Shown: piece by piece, positions 40,516 through 51,100 of the stretch | How positions within the stretch are numbered: position 1 is the stretch's first letter | Layout: every line of letters starts with the position of its first letter | Source of the DNA: Kiritimatiellia bacterium | GTDB lineage: Bacteria > Verrucomicrobiota > Kiritimatiellia > JAAZAB01 | NCBI GenBank assembly: GCA_040767085.1 | Contig: JAXGPF010000003.1 | Coordinates: 352,001 to 416,000, forward strand | Direction: 5' to 3' | DNA length: 64,000 nucleotides | Notes under the pieces: generated by a model | What the model was told of the DNA's origin: nothing | Database searches by the model: none | The model's input: only the letters and a program-made list of their open reading frames with translations | Translations under genes and position numbers: made by a program

Positions 40516-41577
40516 TTATTGTCTACCGGACATTGTCCATTTCCTGATAAATTCCCGCACCACCTCAAGATTGTCGTACATGTCGAACCCAAACCCGTCC
40601 AGCCCGTGTCCGCATCCTTTGCGCACCACCAGTTCCACCGGCACATTCAAATCTTTCAACTTCTTTACCATGGCCTCGGCGGAACTCAGCGGGCAGGTCT
40701 TGTCCAGTTCGCCGTGCAGCATCAGCACCGGCGGCATGCCGGCCTTGACCTGGTGCAAGGGCGACGCCTGGGTGTACTTTTCGGGATATTCCTCGACCGT
40801 CCCGCCGATAATGGCCTCGCCGATCCGGCTCTGCCCGAAATCTCCGACAAAATCGCAGATGCCGGCGTTAATCACCGCCAGGTTGACATCGCTCGAAAAA
40901 CCAGCATAGCCGCCGCTGCCGTCAAATTCACGGGAACCGTTGGACGCCGCCGCCAGCCAGGTCCACTGCGTACCGGCGGAACTGCCCATCACCGCAATCT
41001 TATCCGGATCGATCGCGTATTCCCCGGCTATCGAACGCAGCCAGCGCAGGCAGGTTTTCAAATCCTCCAAGGCGGAGGGATATTTTCCATCGTTCGGCTG
41101 ACGGTAATACAAGGCCGCACAAAACAGATTCTCCGTCAATGCCAGGTAATTGCACTGGCGGTCGCCGCAGATTTTCGGCTGTTTGCCGCTGGCCCAGTCG
41201 TGCATGAACACCAGCGCCGGACGCGGCTGGGCCGGTTTTTTATCGCGGTAATACACATCCGCCTTCAAATCAAAGCCGCCGGGCAGCCGCGCGATACTAT
41301 GCTGGCGGACAATGGTATTGCCGCGCGGCGCCACGCACATGGCGGATTGCGGGTCCGCTTCCAGCCGCCTGAGAAACTCGGCATCATCCACCACTGTAAA
41401 TAATCCTGGCTCGTTGGCGCTGGAACTCATGGTCCTAAAGTCCTCCATACGGCTGTTTAACCGGCCCGGGACATCCATCCGCTCATCGGTGGGAATCTCC
41501 CGCTGCGCCGCGGCGCCGAATACCTGGCCGAACACCATCATAATCGTCCCCAACTGACAATACAGGCAGTATTTCAT
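40516..41577 (-). CDS. Alpha/beta hydrolase (BD-FAE/carbohydrate esterase-like), probably secreted
   Basis: YP..LED....LRWLR, IAVMGSSAG nucleophile elbow, ASP, PP.L..HGELD and GH triad. Start placed at 41577 because the listed ORF overlaps the upstream gene. Confidence 0.85.
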   Translation of the reverse strand: MKYCLYCQLGTIMMVFGQVFGAAAQREIPTDERMDVPGRLNSRMEDFRTMSSSANEPGLFTVVDDAEFLRRLEADPQSAMCVAPRGNTIVRQHSIARLPGGFDLKADVYYRDKKPAQPRPALVFMHDWASGKQPKICGDRQCNYLALTENLFCAALYYRQPNDGKYPSALEDLKTCLRWLRSIAGEYAIDPDKIAVMGSSAGTQWTWLAAASNGSREFDGSGGYAGFSSDVNLAVINAGICDFVGDFGQSRIGEAIIGGTVEEYPEKYTQASPLHQVKAGMPPVLMLHGELDKTCPLSSAEAMVKKLKDLNVPVELVVRKGCGHGLDGFGFDMYDNLEVVREFIRKWTMSGRQ

Positions 41578-41665
41578 AACTGATCGCCCCCAATAATGCA
41601 AACTGTTAATCATCGGACGCATCCGCATCTTCCGCCCTGCCAACCGCCGGGTCCTGCCCGCCAAT

Positions 41666-43912
41666 CTATTTTGTATCCTCCGCGCCGAACTCTCGCAAGG
41701 GGAAATGCGCCACTTCATCAACCTGGATGTCGTCAAACCAGGCAGATTCTGTTTTCCCGAAATACCGGCACAGCACAGTTCCCTCAACCGGAGCATCGCC
41801 TGTTGTCAGAACCGCATCATAACACATCCAATCCTGTGTTTCGCCTTTGGGCTCAAATGCATTGGCGCCGTCATGCCCGCCGCGCGCCCGGCGCGCCCGA
41901 ACCTCCTGTTTGCCCGCTATTAACGTCAGTTCCACCGGCGCGTTCTCCGGCATCCGCGCCATCCGCACCCAGCCGGTCACGCGATAACGTGTAGTCGGTT
42001 TCAATGCAAAGGCCGCCGAAACGGCCTTGGCCCGATTGGCCGAGGACTCGCTACCGCCGAGTTTCAACGCGCGCTGGCCGGAATGAGGCGCCGCATCATA
42101 CTCCGCCGGCCCGGACAATTCCCAGCCCCCATCTTCTTCAAATCCGCCATTCGCCAGCGGAGCTATTTCCCGCGCCGGGTACACGTTTTGCATAAAAGTT
42201 TTGTTGGTGTCAACCGCCGCCACATCGCCAATATTCCCCACCACCGACCCGCCCGGATTATGATGCAACAAGCCGCCAACCATGTTTTCGGAGCATTGAT
42301 TGCCCATAATCACATTCTGTTGGCTTTCCGGGCCGGTCGCCACAATCCCCCATTGCTGGCTCTTCAGAATGCGTGGTACTGTCCCTTTCGGATAATCATG
42401 CTTTAAAGGTTGATCCAACTGCAGACCAACCAGACGGACGCGGTTGGTGACATTCACTTCCTCGCGATTCCCCTCATGTTCAAGCACTAACCGAAACTGC
42501 CGATAAACCGGCGGATCAGCGGCAAATTCGGTATTTACAGGCCGAGCTTTATAATGCTTGATTTTTATCTCCCGGCTCCCGGCTGGCGCATCCTCCGTCA
42601 ACTCGCCGCACCCGAATTCGTCCTGGTCGTCATAACAGCGATTATTGGCCACCACGCAATTCTGGGCGTTATACAGCGCAATCCCCGCCGGCATGCGGTG
42701 CCGCGACGTGTACCAAACACCTTGCTTGTTGTTATTCATGACGATATTGCCCATGATCACATAATCCTTGGGGCCGATCCGCCCGCCTTCCGTGGCAATC
42801 CCCTCGCGCATATTATCGAAAATAATATTCTGGCTGATGATATGATAATGATCTCCGTCGCGCGCCAGATGCGCAATACCGAGGGCTTCATAGGTCGGGT
42901 TGCCCTGAAGCACCCGGCAACTCAACCCGCCTATTCCAATCAAGTTGCCGTAAATATGATTGTTTTCGATGATGCACCCGAAATTGCCCATGCACATATA
43001 AATGCCGCATTCCAAATTATCATGAATCAGGTTATTCACGATTTTAACCAGCGGCCCGGAGCCAGGATGAATCCCCTGCCAGCCGCCGCTGATATCGCAA
43101 TCCGTGATCAAGGCGCGGCCGGCGGAACAACTTATATTAACGAAGTTATTCGAAATCCAGCATCGGCGTATTGTGCACCGCTCCTGCACATGCCGTATGC
43201 CCGTCTCGATGAATGCATCCGGATATTTCCGCTTGTTATCCCGCCATGTAATTCCATCGAAGGTTTGCCCATCCAAATTCCCATCGATCGCCAGGTTTTC
43301 AATCAAGCAATCGGGCGCCGCCATAACCATGGTGAATTGCGTCATCAGGACGGCATCACGCTCAACCTTTAACTCGACCGACGGCCTAAACGGTATAATC
43401 GGGTAAGCGTCCGACCAATGTCGGCTGCTGGCGATATGAACGCGATTGTCTTCAATCCGGGAAATAATCCACGGGCGCCGCTCCCAAAGCGGCTTTACGT
43501 ACCCTTTGATATCGCAGGGATGCACGGCCATGCCCGGCCGAAAGGGAGTCGGATCGGTCACCACCACGTAATCCTGTGTGGCGCCTTTGCTGACATCTTC
43601 GGCCAGCGGCACCACCACCATCGGCGCCTTCCAAAGACGCGTGGCCTTGCCGGCGCCGATCAACTGCACCCCCTGCCGGAGCCGGATCGTGCGCTCCATC
43701 ATGTAATCCCCGGGCGGCACGTAGACCGTCCCCCCGCCAGCCGGCAAGGCTTCTATTGCTTCCTGAATCCCCCGCGTCGTCGAGCCGGGTCCGTCATAAT
43801 CGGTTGAAACCAAATAGGGCTTCTTCTCACCTTCCGCAACCACAGAAGACACCGCCATTAATCCGATCAACCCCGCCAAGCCAAACCGTAATTTTGTTTT
43901 TTGGACAAACAT
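41666..43912 (-). CDS. Secreted right-handed beta-helix (pectate-lyase-3-like) protein with C-terminal CBM4/9-like domain
   Basis: Signal peptide, IQEAI..LP..GGTVYVPPG.Y, beta-helix NN repeats and NGGFE...WFDDIQV module. Confidence 0.75.
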   Translation of the reverse strand: MFVQKTKLRFGLAGLIGLMAVSSVVAEGEKKPYLVSTDYDGPGSTTRGIQEAIEALPAGGGTVYVPPGDYMMERTIRLRQGVQLIGAGKATRLWKAPMVVVPLAEDVSKGATQDYVVVTDPTPFRPGMAVHPCDIKGYVKPLWERRPWIISRIEDNRVHIASSRHWSDAYPIIPFRPSVELKVERDAVLMTQFTMVMAAPDCLIENLAIDGNLDGQTFDGITWRDNKRKYPDAFIETGIRHVQERCTIRRCWISNNFVNISCSAGRALITDCDISGGWQGIHPGSGPLVKIVNNLIHDNLECGIYMCMGNFGCIIENNHIYGNLIGIGGLSCRVLQGNPTYEALGIAHLARDGDHYHIISQNIIFDNMREGIATEGGRIGPKDYVIMGNIVMNNNKQGVWYTSRHRMPAGIALYNAQNCVVANNRCYDDQDEFGCGELTEDAPAGSREIKIKHYKARPVNTEFAADPPVYRQFRLVLEHEGNREEVNVTNRVRLVGLQLDQPLKHDYPKGTVPRILKSQQWGIVATGPESQQNVIMGNQCSENMVGGLLHHNPGGSVVGNIGDVAAVDTNKTFMQNVYPAREIAPLANGGFEEDGGWELSGPAEYDAAPHSGQRALKLGGSESSANRAKAVSAAFALKPTTRYRVTGWVRMARMPENAPVELTLIAGKQEVRARRARGGHDGANAFEPKGETQDWMCYDAVLTTGDAPVEGTVLCRYFGKTESAWFDDIQVDEVAHFPLREFGAEDTK

Positions 43913-44121
43913 TGAATTTCCTTTTTTATATTTTTAGTTCCAACATCATTTTCAGCCGGCACGGCGCGGGGGATCGTTTCGGGAGAGTGGTGTCAGCCAT
44001 TGAAATAAGATTTAATATTTTGCGGCACGGTAATGATCAAGAGACTGGATGGCCAAGCGAGCGCCCGGCATACGGCGCACAATCTTTTCGACAGGATCAA
44101 GCCCGGCGCCAAGCCCACATA

Positions 44122-44243
44122 CGGCTCGCCAGAGATTCGCCCTCCGCCTGAGATTTGAGATTTCAAAAGGAGGGCGAAGCTGTGCTGAGCCGTTCTGGTT
44201 CATCCCTTCAATGGATTGGTTTTGATTTTCAGGCAAAAGGCTA
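44122..44243. repeat. REP doublet (CGGCTC...TTCGCCCTCC / GGAGGGCGAA...GAGCCG) plus conserved trailer
   Basis: 44122-44145 and 44169-44192 are inverted relatives. 44169-44243 matches 15209-15283. Confidence 0.8.
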
Positions 44244-45722
44244 TTTCAGCGAAAAGATGGTTCCTTCGAGGACATATTCATAGCAGCCAAGGTCCACCAG
44301 GCCACTGAACCGGTCAATCCGGCGGCGCCCATCCAGGTCCACGGCGCCGTCCATCCACGGCATGTTGGCGCCCGCATTGATGTATGGCGAATTGCGCTGC
44401 AAGCGGAAATTGCCCGCTTCCATGCCGGTAAACATCGGGTCATCGGCCCTGTTACCGGCATCCGGCGTCACTGGCTGGTCGGTGCCATTTTGCAAAGGCG
44501 CAACACAGCAATTGGTCAAAATCACACCCGTGCCGGCCATAAGCCAGATATTACTCCGTCCACTTGAAGAAGCGTCATTCCCATAAACAATAGTATTGCG
44601 CACCACCATGTTGGTCGTGACATTGGCGTTGACCAACAATCCGCCTGCATATATCGAAGCACCGTTGGATGCAATGGTAGTGTTTTCAACAAAAAATCGC
44701 GCCTCGGTTTCCAACAATAGCCCGCCGGCTCCACCGATTGCCGCCATTGCCCGGTTGCCTACTATCAAACAACCTGTGATGTCCCCAGGTCCATTTATAC
44801 GCAATCCGCCCCCGGCATAGCTGCTGTTAATCAACGATTCATTCCCCTGAATCATGCAATTTGAGATGCAAAGATACCCGCCGCCATTGCGATGGTAAAC
44901 GCCGCCACCGCTTCCACTAGCCTGGTTGTATGCCATCGTGCAATTGGCGATGATACCGGTGCTGCCTTCGAGACCATAAAGACAAACTCCGCCTCCTGGT
45001 CCGCCGGTAGCGATATTATGCTCCATCCGACAGCCATACAAAGCAAATATCATACCCGGTTTGTCGGATTTTGACGAACCGTATATCGCTCCTCCGCCGT
45101 CTCTGGAGGTATTATGGACTATTTCGCAATCGAACATGTTCAAACGTCCGTAAGAGGAGAAAGCTCCACCGCCATATCCTCCTGCGGCTGTATTATTGCT
45201 GATGATACAGTTGAACACGAACATTTGACTACGATCAGTGCTTTTACTAATGCCTCCACCACTGACGGAACTAGTATTCGCATGAATGACACAGTTTGAC
45301 AGGTAAAAATCGCGGTAGTTCCCCTTATACACACCCGCGCCGCTATCCGCGCTGCTGCCATTGCGGATGGTGAAACCGGACATGTAGATCGGGTCTCCGG
45401 CGGTAGAGGGGCTGGAATACACACACCGCCGGGCATTTTCACCGTCAATAATCGTCACCCCCGGTCCATTGACCCCCTGGATATCAATCGACTTGGTAAT
45501 GCTCACCACCGGATCCACCGCCGCGGTATAAGTGCCGTTGGACACCAGGATCACATCGCCATCGCCGGCGGCATTAACCGCGCCCTGGATGGAACGCTTG
45601 GCCAGAGGCCAGGTTGATCCGTCATTGCCGTCATCGCCCGTTTCGGCCACGTAAAGGGTGCCGGCGGCGGCGGCGCCTACCAAGATCGTGAATCCCAGCA
45701 ACAGGCATATTACGTTTTTCAT
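44241..45722 (-). CDS. Secreted right-handed beta-helix (Pmp-like) protein with choice-of-anchor-Q-like C-terminus
   Basis: Signal peptide MKNVICLLLG..., YVAETGDDGNDGSTW..AKRSIQ, GGG repeats, and the ending VDLGCYEYVLEGTIFSLK. Confidence 0.85.
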   Translation of the reverse strand: MKNVICLLLGFTILVGAAAAGTLYVAETGDDGNDGSTWPLAKRSIQGAVNAAGDGDVILVSNGTYTAAVDPVVSITKSIDIQGVNGPGVTIIDGENARRCVYSSPSTAGDPIYMSGFTIRNGSSADSGAGVYKGNYRDFYLSNCVIHANTSSVSGGGISKSTDRSQMFVFNCIISNNTAAGGYGGGAFSSYGRLNMFDCEIVHNTSRDGGGAIYGSSKSDKPGMIFALYGCRMEHNIATGGPGGGVCLYGLEGSTGIIANCTMAYNQASGSGGGVYHRNGGGYLCISNCMIQGNESLINSSYAGGGLRINGPGDITGCLIVGNRAMAAIGGAGGLLLETEARFFVENTTIASNGASIYAGGLLVNANVTTNMVVRNTIVYGNDASSSGRSNIWLMAGTGVILTNCCVAPLQNGTDQPVTPDAGNRADDPMFTGMEAGNFRLQRNSPYINAGANMPWMDGAVDLDGRRRIDRFSGLVDLGCYEYVLEGTIFSLK

Positions 45723-45889
45723 AACCCCCCTTATTATTTGCTGCAATATTATCATAAGCAAACGGCCGAACCAATTTCCAAACTAACGTTTTGAAATCTG
45801 TTTTTTGAAAGCAACTCAAATACAAGCTCGGATTTATCCAAGGCGGGCTTTGCCCGCAACCAATCGGTACCTTGCGCGCCAATTACGAA

Positions 45890-45916
45890 GGCGGCCAAGG
45901 GCCTGGCCGCCCTACC
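45890..45916. repeat. Single REP-like palindrome (GGTAGGGCGGCC...GGCCGCC on the minus strand)
   Basis: GGCGGCCA-AGGGCC-TGGCCGCC hairpin followed by CTACC (GTAG foot on the minus strand). Confidence 0.6.
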
Positions 45917-46007
45917 AAATTTAGATACGTAAAAATGCTTGTCCCATGCAATGGGATATCATGTCGAAACGGAACGGTCTAACAGCGGAAAAAGGTTCAT
46001 CCTGTCG

Positions 46008-47609
46008 TTACAAATCCTCGATGCTGCGGATCAATTGATTGACGACTTCCTGGTCGGTTTTAGGATTGAAAAACACGGCTTTCCAGGCCGGCACACTGAT
46101 GCCCTGCGGATAATATCCCATGGCGGTGGTGAAGCTCAGGCGCGCGTCAATCTCCGGATGCAACGCAGCCTTACGCTTGTCAAACAGCCGGCGCGTTTCC
46201 TGGAAGTAGCGCCGGCAGGTTCCCGCCGTCACCTCGCCATTGACCATCTTGGCGTAAATGCTTTTGGCATCGCGCCCCTTGGGCAATACCCACCAGTTGA
46301 CATGCGGACCCAAACAGCCCGCGTTCAACACCTTGCAGTAATCCAACGCCTCAATCTGCCGTTTCAGGCTGCATGTCAGCGCCAGCGCATGCGTCACCAG
46401 TATCTGGTAGCCAATCAACCCAATCCCGTCCAAGCTGGCCATAACGGAATAAGGCCCCAGCGCCGGACGCGAGCATTCCAGGGTGAACAGCGCCGGATCG
46501 TGCCGGTAATCCGCCTCGGAAAAATACGGGACCTGCTCCTTTTTCCGCAACAACAGTTTCAAATCATCGCGATTGCGCACGATAAAAGCGCTGGCGGGGT
46601 AATGCCCCCAGCCCATCTTGTGGAAATCAATCGTCACCGAATCAGCATACTGCATGCCCATGGCCTGCTTTTGAATGCCCCGCACATTTGCAAGGACATC
46701 GTCCGCCAGTCCGAATGGGTTTTGACTGACGTCGTATTCGTTCAGAAAACACAGGGACCAGCCGGCGGCCGCGTCCACATGCAATTGCGGCACAGGCCGG
46801 CCGGCGGATTTTGCCTTGTCCTCGATAATCTGCCGGATGCCTGCGATGTCGTCAATCCCGGCGGCATCGGTGCTGCCGAAGGTGGCGATGACAAACGCCA
46901 CCAATGCTTCGCCGGCATAGAGTTCGTCCAGTTTCCGCGCCAGGCAATCCAAATCCATCCCGCAAGCATCATGGGTGGGAATGCTGACAAGGTTTTCCGT
47001 CCCCATGCCCAGCCAGCCGGCCAGGGTTTCGTTGGAATAATGCGCGGCCTGGGAGGTAATCCCCACCAACCGCCGGCCGCGCAACCCTTTGCCGATAGTG
47101 TCGGGCAATACCTTTTCCATGCCGATCTTGCCGCCGTAAAGATTGGAGATGGTGCCGCCCATGGTAAAGATGCCCCAAGGTTGGCTGATATGATAAAAGA
47201 CCAGGTTGGCCAAGGTGGTGATGGCCTTCACCTCCAACTCGTTGGAACGCTGGCTATAGGTATCCACGCACAGGTTGGGGTTTTTCAACAGACAGGCCAT
47301 GGCGCCAATCAACGAGGCGTAATTGGCCGGGCCTTTGACATTTTCCAGATGCAGTCTGGAATACCAGCCGTCAGTGCCCCAGAAATAAGGGAAGACCGCG
47401 TCGCGGGCATCCTTCAGATTACCCGGCAGGGTGTGGATTTCCGGATTGTTTTGCGCAGTCTCGTAGTTGCGCGACATGATATCCGGCACGGCTAGTTTTT
47501 CCTCGGCCTCCATGGTGTTGAGATACTCGCCCAGGATGCCCAGCACTTCCGCCTTGTTACAGGTGAAAAAATTATTAATAATGGAATCCAAATCGTATTT
47601 CGCGCTCAT
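46008..47609 (-). CDS. Group II PLP-dependent amino-acid decarboxylase
   Basis: GGTISNLY, AHYS, GSTD...ID, HVDAA.G, DSVTIDFHK (PLP lysine) and TLECSR motifs. GAGG RBS before ATG 47609. Confidence 0.9.
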   Translation of the reverse strand: MSAKYDLDSIINNFFTCNKAEVLGILGEYLNTMEAEEKLAVPDIMSRNYETAQNNPEIHTLPGNLKDARDAVFPYFWGTDGWYSRLHLENVKGPANYASLIGAMACLLKNPNLCVDTYSQRSNELEVKAITTLANLVFYHISQPWGIFTMGGTISNLYGGKIGMEKVLPDTIGKGLRGRRLVGITSQAAHYSNETLAGWLGMGTENLVSIPTHDACGMDLDCLARKLDELYAGEALVAFVIATFGSTDAAGIDDIAGIRQIIEDKAKSAGRPVPQLHVDAAAGWSLCFLNEYDVSQNPFGLADDVLANVRGIQKQAMGMQYADSVTIDFHKMGWGHYPASAFIVRNRDDLKLLLRKKEQVPYFSEADYRHDPALFTLECSRPALGPYSVMASLDGIGLIGYQILVTHALALTCSLKRQIEALDYCKVLNAGCLGPHVNWWVLPKGRDAKSIYAKMVNGEVTAGTCRRYFQETRRLFDKRKAALHPEIDARLSFTTAMGYYPQGISVPAWKAVFFNPKTDQEVVNQLIRSIEDL

Positions 47610-47620
47610 GCTACACCTCT

Positions 47621-48018
47621 GGCCCCATTTCAAAAGTCTGACAAATAATGCCGATCACAGTCCCCTCGGCGGGCTCGTCCCGCCAGTGAGCAAGGTTATG
47701 TAAAAAGAGGTTGAATCAGGTTCAACGGTTGCTTGAGGTTGGAGGTTGGCTTATCCCTTAACTTCCATCAACCGCTGAACCCCTTAACTTCCATCACTCC
47801 TTGAACCTCTTACAACACCTTGCCTTTTACCGGCTTTGCCCCTTTGCCCCTTTGCCCCTCTTTCACAGTAACAGAGTTGCTTTCAAAAGTCCATATTGTG
47901 CCGCTATTGTCAGCCGCAAACAACACGGCTGCGTCATGCTTGCGGCTCACCAGGGACGGTTCGCCCCACCTCAGGCAGATATTGCCAAAATGGTAGGGCG
48001 AGGCGTCCCTGCCGAGCC
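47621..48018. repeat. Composite intergenic repeat region (MITE half, GGTTGAATCAGG repeats, CCTTTGCC octamers, REP doublet)
   Basis: 47621-47704 is related to 60303-60362 (inverted), 47707-47731 to 97-122, tandem TTTGCCCC at 47835-47858, and a REP pair at 47943-47970/47992-48018. Confidence 0.7.
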
Positions 48019-48132
48019 TTCTTTTCCGAGAATGACACAGCCGTGCCGCAGATAACCGCACATCACACCCGTCCCGGCTGGGCCGGCTTCTACCGAAGCA
48101 GTTCCGGCAGCTAAACGCATATCCTCCATCAC

Positions 48133-51100
48133 TCACAATCCATGCACTTTTTCGCGCGCCAGGGTGGCGGTGATCCCGCCCAGGAGCAGGCCGCCCTCCG
48201 CCAGCGGCTCAACCGTCAGTTTTACTACCGTCGCATCGGAACGCGGGGAAGGCCATTGCGTCACGTAAAACCCGTGGCCGATATATTTGGCATTTTCCAG
48301 GTCAGAGTTCCGGCCGACCGGCGCGATATCGCGTCCGACAATCAATTCCCGGACTTCCTCCGCGCCGTCCTGGAAAACCAGCTTTAATCTGGCTGCCGGC
48401 GCGCCATCCGGCGCCGGCCCCGGCAAGGCGGCCATGATAAACAGCGTGTCCACCCGGTTTTTCAGCAAGGCCCCCTGATCGTGATCCGTGGCCTGCTTCT
48501 GTGCTTCCCATTCCGGATCCATGTATTGCATGGCATCGGGAAGCTTGAATTCCATGCCGCCGGTCAACAGCGCCGCCCGCGGGTCCGCCAGCATAAAGCG
48601 CAAGCCGCCGCAACTCTTCAAACCCTGCCGCAATGCATCCAGCCAGGACTGGTCAACCTCCACCCGCTGTTTGGCGACAGCGGCCAGGTCAATATATCCG
48701 CACCGCCGGGAATCCACATTGAGAATGTTCAGTCCGCTCAGCGGCTCGGCGAACCCGGTTTCGTCGGAGAGAATATATTTTATGCAGTTTTGAATGAATT
48801 TGGTCGCCACGCTGTCGGAATCGTAACGGAAAGTCGCCGCCGCCTGCGATACCAGCGCCTGTCCCTGCCCGACCTTGACATCGGACACCAGCATCTGGAC
48901 GGCCGCATCCGTCGCCCGCGGCGTGTCCTGGCAGCCGAGCGCCAGCGCGGTCTTGTTGATCGGGCTGATCAAGGCGGAGAAGATTCCGCCCTGTTTCCCG
49001 CCGCGCGAAGTGCGCTCCAGCCTTCCATTCCATGTATCCCAGTTGGCCGAGGCGTTGATTCCGGCAAAGACCGGATGATCCGGGGCGATGATACTGCCGA
49101 CATTCCCGCCCAGGCGCTTGATGATGGACATCTGCGGCAGCCAGCTCAAAGTATTTGGGAAATACTGCTCGAATTGCAGCAGCCGGCCGCCTTGTTTCAA
49201 CCATTCGTTGATCTTTTCGCCCGCGGCCACCACCGCGCCATCATGGCTTTCCGCGCCGATGATCAGGACGTCGTAATCGGCCAGGCGATCGAAAGTTTCG
49301 ATACGCTCGAATTTCACACCCAACCCCTCCAAAATCCCGCCCGTGGTGATTTTCTGGTTGGAAACATCAAACAGCGCCACCCGGCGGCCGCCGGCGTCAA
49401 GCTTGTCCTGCAGGTCGCGCGCATTCATCACGAAAAACTCGTAATGATTGTCGGATATGACGGCCGGTGTGGACGCCGACCCTCCAGAATTTCGCATCAG
49501 ATACATCTGGACGTCATAAAAGCCGGTCGGCCAATCCGCGGGAATCTTCATTTCGAACGGCAACAAATTGCGCGTCATGGCCTTAACCTTGCCGGCCGGC
49601 GAAATTTTGTCGGCCACGGCTTTACCGTCCTGATCCAGAATGACCACCCGCGCCTGCCAACCTTCGGCATCGGCCTGGGTGTCGTTAACGGCATAGACCG
49701 TCAGCGCCAGCGGGCGCCCGGCAAAGCAGTTCCTGGCGAACACATCGGCGCAGATGAATTCGTCTTTGAACGCGCGCTTGTAAGTCGAATACAATTCCGA
49801 GGCCGCCAACGAGCCACCGGGCAGATTCCAGATTTCAAACCAGGGCAATCCGGATTTGACCGATATTTTCCCATCCTGATCCCGCAGATAAAACAGGGCA
49901 TAAAACCGCCCCATGTTGATGCCGAATCCGCCGCGCATCAGTTCGCCGAGCCGGCGGCACTCTTCCAGCACGTTCTTCGCGGCCCATTCCACGTAATACT
50001 TGGCGGCCCAGAAACTTTCGCGCCGGGCCAGGTCGCCGGGATTATCCCGGCGCAAAACATCAAACTCCGGATCCGAGGCCAACTTCGCCGGCGCTTCCAC
50101 AAAATGCCGGCGCAACCCGTAAAGCATCGCCCAGCGAAAACCCAGCGGCATGTGGTATCCCGGGTCCGCCTGGGTAATGTGCTGGATCAACGCTTCCTTG
50201 TCCAGGGCCGGGGCGCTGAATAACTGCCGGCCCTTGGCATACTCGCTCCCGACCATCGATATCTTTGCGCCGCCCATCTCCCAGTTGCCCACCGGCAGCA
50301 TTTGCCCGTGAGCGGCCCATACCTCGCGGTTGGCGTTTTCGAATATTTCCCGCATATCCAGCGGATGTCCGTAAATGCTGCCGGGATAGGCATGGATGTC
50401 CACCACATCCTCCTTGAACCGCAGCACCTGCGGCGCGCCGCCGGACACCGCGCACACCGGGCGTTGCTGTCCGTCAATTTGCTTCACCAGATCGTAAACA
50501 TGATTGATTGGCTCGATAAATTCCTTCTGGCGCGATTCGTTGCCGATGGTATAAACGGCAAACGAAGGATGGTTATAAATATACCGGATACGCCGGGCTG
50601 TATTGTCGTCGTCAAACAGCACGCTGGTCTTGATCAATTTCTGCGCCGTGGCGCCCTGCCATTCGTTGATCAGAATGCCCAGTTCATCGCAGATGTCGTA
50701 AAGATTGCGCGGGGCGAAAATCTGCTCGCCCTGGATGAAAATCATGTTGACGCCCCACATCTTATGCGCCGCCAGCACGCGCCGCAACAGGTTGGCATGA
50801 TTGCGCCAGATGCCGGGCGCCGGCGACGGCATATCAAAAATGATTCCCTTCGGATAAAACCCCTTGCCATTCAGCAAGTAGCGATTGGACTGCGTTCCCA
50901 CTTCGCGGTAGCCGAACCGTTCCCGTCCGGCTTCCCGGCCATTGGCGGATAAAACCAATTCGTAGAGGAACGGGCAAGCGGGCGACCACGGGACCGGACG
51001 CTCCATGCTGATTTTCAGGCTGATGGCGTTGGTCCCCGGCGCAAGCTCATGGCGTCCGCCATCCGCTGTTTGCGGCGCGGATGCATCGGGCGGGGAAAAG

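Noticed and set aside
37271-45722. Diversity-generating retroelement (TR/VR pair)
   Set aside because: No reverse transcriptase in the window, both copies are full-length genes, and differences include indels and do not appear adenine-specific.
47640-47704. Guanidine-II-like riboswitch upstream of the decarboxylase (GGCGGG-ACGAG-CCCGCC on the minus strand)
   Set aside because: Only one hairpin with a 5-nt loop, and the segment is better explained as part of the repeat also found at 60303-60362.
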